Shown one piece after another: positions 25,354 through 32,679 of a DNA stretch of 42,011 nt. This DNA is from an uncultured Candidatus Saccharibacteria bacterium. Lineage in GTDB: Bacteria > Patescibacteriota > Minisyncoccia > Phycocordibacterales > 2-01-FULL-51-21. Where the stretch lies: contig CAYGEN010000002.1 in assembly GCA_964348955.1 (NCBI GenBank), positions 1 to 42,011 of the forward strand, given 5' to 3'. Made by a program: the position numbers and the translations under genes. Positions within the stretch are counted from its first letter, which is position 1. Each line of letters starts with the position of its first letter. The notes below the pieces were generated by a model, which saw only the letters and a list, made by a program, of their open reading frames with translations, searched no databases and was not told the origin of the DNA.

Positions 25354-26589
25354 ATGTTTGACCTTAAAGTAATTCATTCGGTGCTGGACCAGCTTGAAGA
25401 AGAGCGCGGCATTCCGCGCGCAAAAGTGCTTGAAGCGATAGAAACGGCGCTTGCAACCGCATACAAAAAAGAATACGGGAAGCGCGGGCAGATTGTCCGA
25501 GCGTCTTTTGACATACATACCGGCAAGGCGGAATTTTCCCAAGTAAAAATCGTGGTTGACCCTGCGCAGGTCATTATGGATGAAGAAGAACATGAGGAAC
25601 GAGAGGAGAGCGGCGAGCGCGTTCGCTACAATCCCGAGCATCATATATTTCTTGAGGATGCGCAAAAAATGAAAAAGGACGTGCAGTTGGATGATGAGCT
25701 TATATTTCCTCTTGAAACAAAAGGAGACTACGGGCGTATCGCCGCTCAAACCGCCAAGCAGGTGATTATTCAAAAAATCCGCGAAGCGGAGAAGGTGTCC
25801 GTACTTGAAGAGTTCGGTAAACGGGAGGGAGAGATTGTCTCGGGAACCGTCCAGCGCATTGAGCGGGGTAATCTTTTTATTGACCTTGGACGGGCAACCG
25901 GCATTCTCCCGTACGAAGAACAAATTCCCGGCGAGCGGTATCGCCAAGGGGAGCGCATCCGCGCGCACCTCGCCTCGGTTGAAGAAAGTCCTCGGGGTAT
26001 TTTCCTGCGCCTTTCGCGCGCCCACCCGCAATTTCTCGTAAAGCTCTTCGCCCTTGAAGCGCCCGAGGTGGCGAGCGGTGCCGTTGAAATTAAAGCTATC
26101 GCCCGCGAGCCCGGCTCGCGGTCAAAAATTGCGGCGCGTTCACACGACGAACACATTGACCCCGTTGGTTCTCTCGTCGGACAGCGTGGGGTACGCGTTT
26201 CAACCGTCATGAGCGAGCTCGGCGGAGAAAAAATAGACATTATTGAGTGGTCAGAAAAACCGCAAGAGTTTATTGAGGACGCGCTCTCACCGGCAAAGGT
26301 GCTCTCGGTTACGATTGACGAGGGCGCGCACAAAGCCGTTGTTGAGGTCTCTCCCGACCAACAGTCGCTTGCCATAGGTAAAGGCGGGCAAAATGTGCGT
26401 CTTGCCGCAAAGCTGACGGGTTGGAAAATAGACATTCAGTCCCTGCGCCGAGAGCCGCTTGCAGAGAGTGAGGCGGCGGCAGAGGAAGTTGCAGATGAAA
26501 AGCCCCCTGATGTAGCACGTGATGCGATGACCACCGAGCCAGAAACGGCAGTCCAGGAAAACCAGGAAAAAACTCAAAACAAAGAATAA
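25354..26589 (+). CDS. nusA: Transcription termination/antitermination factor NusA
   Basis: 411 aa with an N-terminal domain, S1 (GEIVSGTVQRIERGNLFIDLG) and KH1/KH2 (GSRSKIA..., GKGGQNVRLAAKLTGWKIDI). Confidence 0.95.
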   Translation: MFDLKVIHSVLDQLEEERGIPRAKVLEAIETALATAYKKEYGKRGQIVRASFDIHTGKAEFSQVKIVVDPAQVIMDEEEHEEREESGERVRYNPEHHIFLEDAQKMKKDVQLDDELIFPLETKGDYGRIAAQTAKQVIIQKIREAEKVSVLEEFGKREGEIVSGTVQRIERGNLFIDLGRATGILPYEEQIPGERYRQGERIRAHLASVEESPRGIFLRLSRAHPQFLVKLFALEAPEVASGAVEIKAIAREPGSRSKIAARSHDEHIDPVGSLVGQRGVRVSTVMSELGGEKIDIIEWSEKPQEFIEDALSPAKVLSVTIDEGAHKAVVEVSPDQQSLAIGKGGQNVRLAAKLTGWKIDIQSLRREPLAESEAAAEEVADEKPPDVARDAMTTEPETAVQENQEKTQNKE

Positions 26590-26603
26590 AAAAAGACGAC
26601 ACT

Positions 26604-26633
26604 AAAAAGCCGCTCGATTACGAGCGGCTTTTT
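26604..26633. terminator. Bidirectional intrinsic terminator after nusA
   Basis: aaaaagccgctcg-atta-cgagcggcttttt. Confidence 0.75.
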
Positions 26634-26687
26634 AGTTCATGATAAATAAACTAACCCCAAAGCATAGTTTTAGGGCAATTTATTTTT

Positions 26688-26792
26688 GAGAACCGAAGGT
26701 TCAAAACGCTGACCCGCCCTTTCCGCAGAAAGAGCGGGTTCACGGCTCTCCTCTACGGGGAACCGGGTACGGTTCCCCGACCCCCCCTCCGC
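26688..26792. repeat. Second copy of the GC-rich structured core found inside the fusA duplication (inverted orientation)
   Basis: The reverse complement aligns with 2908-2998. Shared blocks are GGGGGTCGGGGAA, GGTTYCCCYGTRGAGGA and GGCGGG..TCAG. All three hairpins are retained with different stem sequences. Confidence 0.5.
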
Positions 26793-26969
26793 ATAGATAA
26801 CAATAAGACGGCTATAGTTGTCTTATTGTTATCTTTTCAATTTCTCTCATATACGCATACTGCCAAATACAAAGTACAACGAGTATGAATACTTATGCTA
26901 TAGCATAAGTATTCATACTCGTTGGGTTGATATTGGCGTTGATATTGGTGTTAAGGCAATCGTAAAATA
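26789..26969. repeat. Conserved 3' module of the beta-propeller paralogs, copy 1
   Basis: Contains hairpin gataacaataagac/gtcttattgttatc (26796-26833, followed by TTTT) and a 46-nt perfect palindrome (26878-26923). Confidence 0.9.
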
Positions 26970-29276
26970 TCAGAAATTCTTGAATCCTGTTTGTACTCTG
27001 GTTGCGGCTACATCCACCGTAAGATAAGAGTCCGGTACATCGGAAACCTCTCCGTCGCTTCCCACTATCGTAATGGCGAAATTTTTTGGCAGTCCGGCTG
27101 GCGCTTTGGAAAAGGTAACGGTCATAACCGAACTAGCCGAAGAGTCACCGCCTTGGGAAGGGTCCAAGGAAGTAAAGGGTGAAAATGTAACGGTACTCCC
27201 CGGCGGCAGTTCTGGCGAGTCCGAAACAAGCGTAAGCGTTATGTTGGAAAGCGGTCTGTTCGGAGTTGCATATCCAGCAAACGGCACGGCAACGATGGTG
27301 GTTTTAGCGACCGCACCGCCCGTGCCGATAAATGTAACGCTCGTCTGAATATTGGGACTATAAATATAGAATCCCGCGGGCGATACCGTTACCGATGTAT
27401 CTGCACGCGCCTCTCCCGCAAGCCCCTCGCAGTGAAGTGAAAGCTGATAGGTGTTGCCTACTCCCGTGAATGGCCCGACGTCGCTTTGCACCTGTGTTAT
27501 GGTCGGCACCGATTTAGGCCCTCCCCAGTTTAAAACCCCAGGGTTCGCGCTCGCCGTGCAAGTATTAAAGCTGTTAGAGCCGAACCATGAGAGTTCAGTA
27601 TTCTGGCCATCCCCGACAACTGCCGGATTTGCCGTGAGTGTGAGCGTCTGCGGCGACTTTTTATGCACGCCGCCCTTTGCCGGACTGAACTCAATCCAGC
27701 CGATAACATCGCCGCCCCACGCATGGCCGTAGAAATCTTTGCCTTCGGTGATGCCGACTTGGTAGTTGGAAGTGCCACACCCGGCAAAATCACCTTCGCC
27801 AATTGCTGACTCACAATCCAAACTAATCCACCCGTCCCAGCCGCCTGCCTGAGCGTCAATCGCGGAGAGTGCCCGCGCCCAGCCCGTTATTATTGCATCT
27901 GGAGAACCATTGTTGGAATAGGCATCCGGGTGAAAAGGGTCCCCACCCTCATTACTTTCCCCAAACGCAATCCACCCCACATTATCGCTCCACGCATACC
28001 CGGTCATGTCTCCAGTAAAATCATCAATCGTAACGCCGTAGGGAGGTATTGGCGTGCCTCCGAGGGGACACCCGGGAAGCGTTGTGCCGTCAAGAATCCA
28101 ATCCAGAGGGTTTGACAGTGGAGCGCTGAAGATTGAATCTGTGGCTACTCCAGTCTCACCTTCAACACCCCCAAAGAGATAAACGCGGTCGCCGATGGTT
28201 GCAATGCTTGAGAATACGAGCCCCACGGGGAGCTTTGCTCCTGTATTAACCCATCTCAATGGATCAGAAACCGGGGCGCGGAATATCATGTTGGTTATAC
28301 TACCCGGACCTTCGTACCCCCCAAAAAGGTAGACATAGTCGCCGATGACTTTGAGTTGGGAATGTGCAAGGCCGTTAGTGAGCGTGGCACCAGTATTGAT
28401 CCAGTTCGTGGGATCAGAAACTGGGGCGCTGTAGATGGTGTTGAGAGAATTAGAAAAAGCATCTCTTCCCCCAAAGAGATAAACATGGTCGCCGATGACG
28501 GCAAGTTGGGGGGCATAAAGACTACCAGGGAGTGTGGCATTGGTATTAATCCAGTTCGTGGGATCAGAAACTGGGGCGCGGAATATCATGTTGGTTATAG
28601 TGCCCGGACCTTCGTACCCCCCAAAAAGGTAGATATAGCCGCCAATGACAGCTGATTGGGAATGTGCAAGGCCGTTAGTGAGCGGGGCGCCGGTATTGCT
28701 CCAGTTCGTGGGATCAGAAACTGGGGCGCGGTAGATGATTTTGCTAGCAGAACCAAAAGGAAGGCTTCCCCCAAAGAGATATACATAGTCATCAGTGCCG
28801 TCACTATCAACATCAACGACAGCAAGTTGGGAACCATAAAGACCACTGGGGAGTGGTGTGCCGCCGGCATTGCTCCAGTTCGTGGGATCAGAAACCGGGG
28901 CGCGGTAGATGGTGTTGGTGACAAAAAAGTTAGTTCTTCCTCCAAAAAGATAAACATAGTCATCAGCGCCATCGCTATCAACATCAACGACAGCGAGAGA
29001 AGAGAGGTAGAGGGGCTCGTGAAGTTTGCCGACGACCACATTGTCGGAGGTACCATCGCCGTTTAAGTCGCAGTTCGCCGAGCTGAAGCTAATCCATCCC
29101 ACATTGTCGCTCCATGCCCAGCCGTAGACATTGTTAGAAGAAGCCGCGCGTGCAATTACTCCTTTTGAAAGAAGTATGTCAATGGCAAAAGAGCCGCCGA
29201 CCGTGAGAAGCGCCACGAGAAGCGCAATGAATATCTTGCGGTTCATAATGAGTGCGATACCGTTCATATCACTCAT
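26970..29276 (-). CDS. Secreted six-bladed Kelch-like beta-propeller protein with three GWxW..GWIxF motifs and C-terminal Ig-like domains (paralog 1)
   Basis: 768 aa. Signal-like MNRKIFIALLVALL. YGWAWSDNVGWISF, GYAWSDNVGWIAF and GHAWGGDVIGWIEF motifs. Six blades of the pattern YVYLFGG...I(Y/F)RAPVSDPTNW. The true start is probably ATG 29267 or 29246 because TATACT abuts the first ATG. Confidence 0.8.
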   Translation of the reverse strand: MSDMNGIALIMNRKIFIALLVALLTVGGSFAIDILLSKGVIARAASSNNVYGWAWSDNVGWISFSSANCDLNGDGTSDNVVVGKLHEPLYLSSLAVVDVDSDGADDYVYLFGGRTNFFVTNTIYRAPVSDPTNWSNAGGTPLPSGLYGSQLAVVDVDSDGTDDYVYLFGGSLPFGSASKIIYRAPVSDPTNWSNTGAPLTNGLAHSQSAVIGGYIYLFGGYEGPGTITNMIFRAPVSDPTNWINTNATLPGSLYAPQLAVIGDHVYLFGGRDAFSNSLNTIYSAPVSDPTNWINTGATLTNGLAHSQLKVIGDYVYLFGGYEGPGSITNMIFRAPVSDPLRWVNTGAKLPVGLVFSSIATIGDRVYLFGGVEGETGVATDSIFSAPLSNPLDWILDGTTLPGCPLGGTPIPPYGVTIDDFTGDMTGYAWSDNVGWIAFGESNEGGDPFHPDAYSNNGSPDAIITGWARALSAIDAQAGGWDGWISLDCESAIGEGDFAGCGTSNYQVGITEGKDFYGHAWGGDVIGWIEFSPAKGGVHKKSPQTLTLTANPAVVGDGQNTELSWFGSNSFNTCTASANPGVLNWGGPKSVPTITQVQSDVGPFTGVGNTYQLSLHCEGLAGEARADTSVTVSPAGFYIYSPNIQTSVTFIGTGGAVAKTTIVAVPFAGYATPNRPLSNITLTLVSDSPELPPGSTVTFSPFTSLDPSQGGDSSASSVMTVTFSKAPAGLPKNFAITIVGSDGEVSDVPDSYLTVDVAATRVQTGFKNF

Positions 29277-29320
29277 AGTATACTAGACTATGCGCATCAC
29301 TGGAGAGGGCGGTGTGGATT
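29212..29320. repeat. 109-bp perfectly identical 5' module (promoter plus first codons), copy 1
   Basis: Identical to 32032-32140. Contains the TAGTATACT -10 and a start-region hairpin. Confidence 0.9.
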
Positions 29321-29342
29321 CAAAAATCCCAAACCATAGGGG

Positions 29343-29367
29343 TGTAGCAAGGTGACACCTTGCTACA
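29343..29367. repeat. Solo copy of the IS200-like hairpin tgtagcaaggtg-a-caccttgctaca
   Basis: Perfect 12-bp arms. The same hairpin flanks the Y1 transposase gene 3.3 kb away. Confidence 0.85.
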
Positions 29368-29368
29368 C

Positions 29369-29534
29369 GGCACCGCATAGATAACCATAAGACGACTATA
29401 GCCGTCTTATGGTTATCTTTTCAATTTCTCCCATATACGCATACTGCCAAATACAAAGAGTACGAATACTTATGCTATAGCATAAGTATTCGTACTAGTT
29501 GGGTTGATATTGGTGTTAAGGCAATCGTAAAATA
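29369..29534. repeat. Conserved 3' module, copy 2
   Basis: Hairpin gataaccataagacg/cgtcttatggttatc (29380-29417, followed by TTTT) and a 38-nt palindrome (29459-29496). Confidence 0.9.
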
Positions 29535-32096
29535 TCAGAAATTCTTGAATCCTGTTTGTACCTTGACTGCTTTCACGAGCACGGTGACGGTGGAGTCCGG
29601 AGAAGGGTTGTTGGTGTCGCTTCCCACCACTTTAATATAAAAGTCTTGCGGCAGTGGGTATGGCGCTTTGGAAAAGGTAATGGTCATGAGCGAACCCTCG
29701 CTATACGCGGAAGAGCCGGTAAATGAGGAGGGTGCGAAGGTAATAGTACTTCCGGGTGGCAATGCGGGAGAGACCGTCCATGAAAGGTTTATGGTATTGT
29801 CCGTATTATAACCGGCAACCGGCGTGGCAAATATTTTGGTTTTAGCAACCGCGCCGCCCGTGCCGATAAACGCAACCGTTGGGTCACTAAGACGAGAAAT
29901 GGAAAAATAAGGAGCTACTACCGTTACCAATGTACTAGCATACGCTTCTCCCCCAGACCCCTCGCAGCGAAGTGAAAGCTGATAGGTGTTGCCTACTCCC
30001 GTGAACGGCCCGACGCTACTACTCGAAACAGGCGGGGGCGACTTTTTCTCACTCCCGACCTCGTTCCAGTTGCCAACTTCCACACCAGTGCCAGCCTGAC
30101 TCGCGCTCGCCGTACAAGTATTAAAGCTGTCAGAGCCGAACCATGAGAGTTGAGTATTCTGGCCATCTCCGACAACCGCCGGATTTGCCGTGAGCGTGAG
30201 GTTCTGCGGCGCCTTTTTGTGTACACCAAATTTTATGGCACTGACAACATTTGCCGGCTTGAACTCAATCCAGCCGATAACATCGCCGCCCCACGCATGG
30301 CCATAGAAATTTTCGCCCCCTGTAATACCCACTTGGTAATTGGAAGTGTTATTACAGCCGTTATCGGCAAAACCACTTTTGTCTTCTGCTGATTTACAAT
30401 CCAAGCTAATCCACCCGTCCCAGCCGCCTGCGTCGGCGTCAATCGCAGAAAGCGCCCGCGCCCAGCCGGTTATTTTCGCGTCGATAGAATCATTGTCGCT
30501 TCGCGCTTCGCACAACGGCTTGCAGAGTTTGCTTGCTGTTTTGTCCCGTCCATCAATGCGACCATCTTTGTCATTATCACCAAACGCAATCCACCCCACA
30601 TTGTCGCTCCACGCATACCCGGTCATCGCTCCGGTAAACTCGTTAATGGTAACGCCATAGGGAGGTACCGGCTCTCCCTCTAAAGGGCAACCGGGAAGCG
30701 TCATGCCGTCAATAATCCAATCAGTCGGGTCGGAAAGGGGGGCGCGAAAAATGTAATCATGTACTTCCACCCCTACTTTCAACCCGCTACCCTCACCTAA
30801 GTTGTCAATCCCACCGAAGAGATACACATAGTCGCCGATGGTTTCAATATTTGAATACGCACGCCATGCAGGAATTCTTGCACCCGTATCAACCCACTTC
30901 GTTGGGTCGGATACGGGGGCGCGGAAGATATTGCTGTAGAAAGTGCTTCCGAAAAGGTAGACGTAGTCGCCGATGACAGCGAGTGATGAGTTAACGACTC
31001 CCGGCTCGCCACCATTAAAATTGCCATCGCACGGCGTACCGGTATCAGTAAACGGGAGTTTCTTACCGGTATCCTCCCAATTTCCAGGGAAATATGGGTC
31101 AGTGATATCTGCGCGAAGGATGGAATCACTGCGGCCATGAAACCATACAACCGAATCGCCTAAGTATTCATCATTTGTCCCGCCAAAGAGGTAGGCGTAC
31201 TTGCCGATAACAGCTATATGCGACTTTTGAAGGCCGTGCTCCACATACTGTGTAAGAGTTTTTGGACACGTTCTAGGAGACATCTCACGCCAAAAAGTGA
31301 TTGGCGGAAGTTTTTTGCCGGTGTCTACCCAGTTTGCCGGGAATGTCGGGTCGGTGGTGTCTGCGCGGTAGATGACATCGGAACTTTGGTTGAAGGTATC
31401 ACGGATGGAGGCACCACCGAAGAGGTAAACGTATTTTTTGCCATTGGAGTCGGGGATGATGGCGATGGAAGAGTGTTCAAGTTTACCCGGAAGACGTATG
31501 GCCGAGTTTGCCTCCGTCATGTTCATCCAGTTCGTCGGGTCAGAAACGGGAGCGCGGTAAATAATGTCTTGTATGCCCCCGCTGTAATTACCTTCTTCGT
31601 TCACAGTATAGTCGCTCCCACCGAAGAGGTAGATGTATGGGTCTATCTTTATAATGCTTGAATTGCCGAGATTGCTCGGGAGCACTTTGCCGGTGTCAAT
31701 CCACTTTGTCGGGTCGGCGGTGTCTGCGCGGTAGATGACATTGGTGTAAGGGCCATATGAGCCCCCGTCCTTGTCAGTGCCCCCGAAGAGAAAAACGGAG
31801 TCACCGACAACTTGGAGGTGCGAGCTGGCAAGCGGTGCGGGAAGTCTGCCGGCAATTACATTGTCAGAAGTCCCGTCGCCGTCCAAATCACAGCTGTTTG
31901 AGTTGAAACTTATCCACCCGATGTTGTCGCTCCATGCCCAGCCGTAGACATTATCAGTAGAAGCCGCACGGGCAATCGCTCCTTTTGAAAGAAGTGAGTC
32001 TAGGGCAAGAGAGCCACCGAGCGCGAGGAGTGCCACGAGAAGCGCAATGAATATCTTGCGGTTCATAATGAGTGCGATACCGTTCATATCACTCAT
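29535..32096 (-). CDS. Secreted Kelch-like beta-propeller protein, paralog 2
   Basis: 853 aa. The N-terminal 24 aa are identical to paralog 1. It has the same three GW motifs and the same C-terminus VQTGFKNF. The blades are more divergent (YRADTADPTKW, YRADTTDPTFPANW, LRADITDPYFPGNW). Confidence 0.8.
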   Translation of the reverse strand: MSDMNGIALIMNRKIFIALLVALLALGGSLALDSLLSKGAIARAASTDNVYGWAWSDNIGWISFNSNSCDLDGDGTSDNVIAGRLPAPLASSHLQVVGDSVFLFGGTDKDGGSYGPYTNVIYRADTADPTKWIDTGKVLPSNLGNSSIIKIDPYIYLFGGSDYTVNEEGNYSGGIQDIIYRAPVSDPTNWMNMTEANSAIRLPGKLEHSSIAIIPDSNGKKYVYLFGGASIRDTFNQSSDVIYRADTTDPTFPANWVDTGKKLPPITFWREMSPRTCPKTLTQYVEHGLQKSHIAVIGKYAYLFGGTNDEYLGDSVVWFHGRSDSILRADITDPYFPGNWEDTGKKLPFTDTGTPCDGNFNGGEPGVVNSSLAVIGDYVYLFGSTFYSNIFRAPVSDPTKWVDTGARIPAWRAYSNIETIGDYVYLFGGIDNLGEGSGLKVGVEVHDYIFRAPLSDPTDWIIDGMTLPGCPLEGEPVPPYGVTINEFTGAMTGYAWSDNVGWIAFGDNDKDGRIDGRDKTASKLCKPLCEARSDNDSIDAKITGWARALSAIDADAGGWDGWISLDCKSAEDKSGFADNGCNNTSNYQVGITGGENFYGHAWGGDVIGWIEFKPANVVSAIKFGVHKKAPQNLTLTANPAVVGDGQNTQLSWFGSDSFNTCTASASQAGTGVEVGNWNEVGSEKKSPPPVSSSSVGPFTGVGNTYQLSLRCEGSGGEAYASTLVTVVAPYFSISRLSDPTVAFIGTGGAVAKTKIFATPVAGYNTDNTINLSWTVSPALPPGSTITFAPSSFTGSSAYSEGSLMTITFSKAPYPLPQDFYIKVVGSDTNNPSPDSTVTVLVKAVKVQTGFKNF

Positions 32097-32140
32097 AGTA
32101 TACTAGACTATGCGCATCACTGGAGAGGGCGGTGTGGATT
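32032..32140. repeat. 109-bp identical 5' module, copy 2
   Basis: Identical to 29212-29320. Confidence 0.9.
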
Positions 32141-32228
32141 ATCGCCCCCTAGCCCTCTACTCTACTAACTCTCTACTCTATGAGCACAAACCCACGCGAG
32201 CAGTCACATAGCCACGCGAGCAAAACAA

Positions 32229-32245
32229 GCAAGGTGCCACCTTGC
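32229..32245. repeat. Degenerate copy of the IS200-like hairpin (gcaaggtg-c-caccttgc)
   Basis: Occupies the same position relative to the 3' module as the copy at 29343-29367. Confidence 0.7.
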
Positions 32246-32250
32246 GGCGC

Positions 32251-32436
32251 GGCACCGCATGCATAGCAATAAGACGGCTATAGCCGTCTTATGGTTATCT
32301 TTTCAATTTCTCCCATTCTCCCATATACGCATACTGCCAAATACAACTAGTACGAATACTTATGCTATAGCATACGTATTCGTACTAGTTGGGTTGGTAT
32401 TGGCATTGATATTGGCGTTAAGACAATCGTAAAATA
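32251..32436. repeat. Conserved 3' module, copy 3 (orphan)
   Basis: Hairpin ataagacggcta/tagccgtcttat (32269-32292) and a 42-nt palindrome with one mismatch (32347-32388). Confidence 0.9.
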
Positions 32437-32472
32437 TCAAAAATTCTGGAATCCTGTTTGTACCTTAACTGC
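32437..32472 (-). pseudogene. Stump of a third beta-propeller paralog (last 11 codons plus stop)
   Basis: The reverse complement reads AVKVQTGFQNF*, compared with KAVKVQTGFKNF* in paralog 2. Similarity ends at about 32472, 8 nt from the hairpin at 32481. Confidence 0.6.
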
Positions 32473-32480
32473 AAGGGGGG

Positions 32481-32505
32481 TGTAGCAAGGTGACACCTTG
32501 CTACA
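32481..32505. repeat. IS200-like hairpin plus duplicated left-end sequence (32481-32527)
   Basis: tgtagcaaggtg-a-caccttgctaca followed by gagcattaaaggtatagttagt. The same ~45-nt unit recurs at 32680-32728. Confidence 0.85.
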
Positions 32506-32679
32506 GAGCATTAAAGGTATAGTTAGTCGTATAGTCTCAATAGCCTTGCACCATTTGATGGAATAACATCAAGCTATGGCATACACATCAAATCAGAATC
32601 TCCTATCTTCCTAAGATAAGACAAGAGGCAACACAGCTGGTTCATAGGGGCTGGAGTGCTTGAAAAGTCGGGTGGCAAG

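Noticed and set aside
28290-28930. Diversity-generating retroelement acting on the near-identical blade repeats
   Set aside because: There is no reverse transcriptase in the window. I saw no template/variable repeat pair with adenine-specific mismatches. The repeats are in-frame Kelch-like blades.
32100-32230. tRNA or other small RNA genes in the larger intergenic regions (10881-11162, 17524-17722, 26590-26969, 32100-32734, 37166-37519, 41409-41582)
   Set aside because: On visual inspection I found no T-loop (GGTTCGAATCC-like) or D-loop signatures and no cloverleaf-compatible inverted repeats. A tRNAscan-SE or Infernal run would be needed to be certain.
26789-32436. CRISPR array, suggested by the regularly recurring repeats
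   Set aside because: The repeat units are 170-190 nt and are spaced about 2.6-2.8 kb apart by protein-coding genes. They are 3' modules of paralogous genes, not 25-40-nt repeats with short spacers. No cas genes are present.
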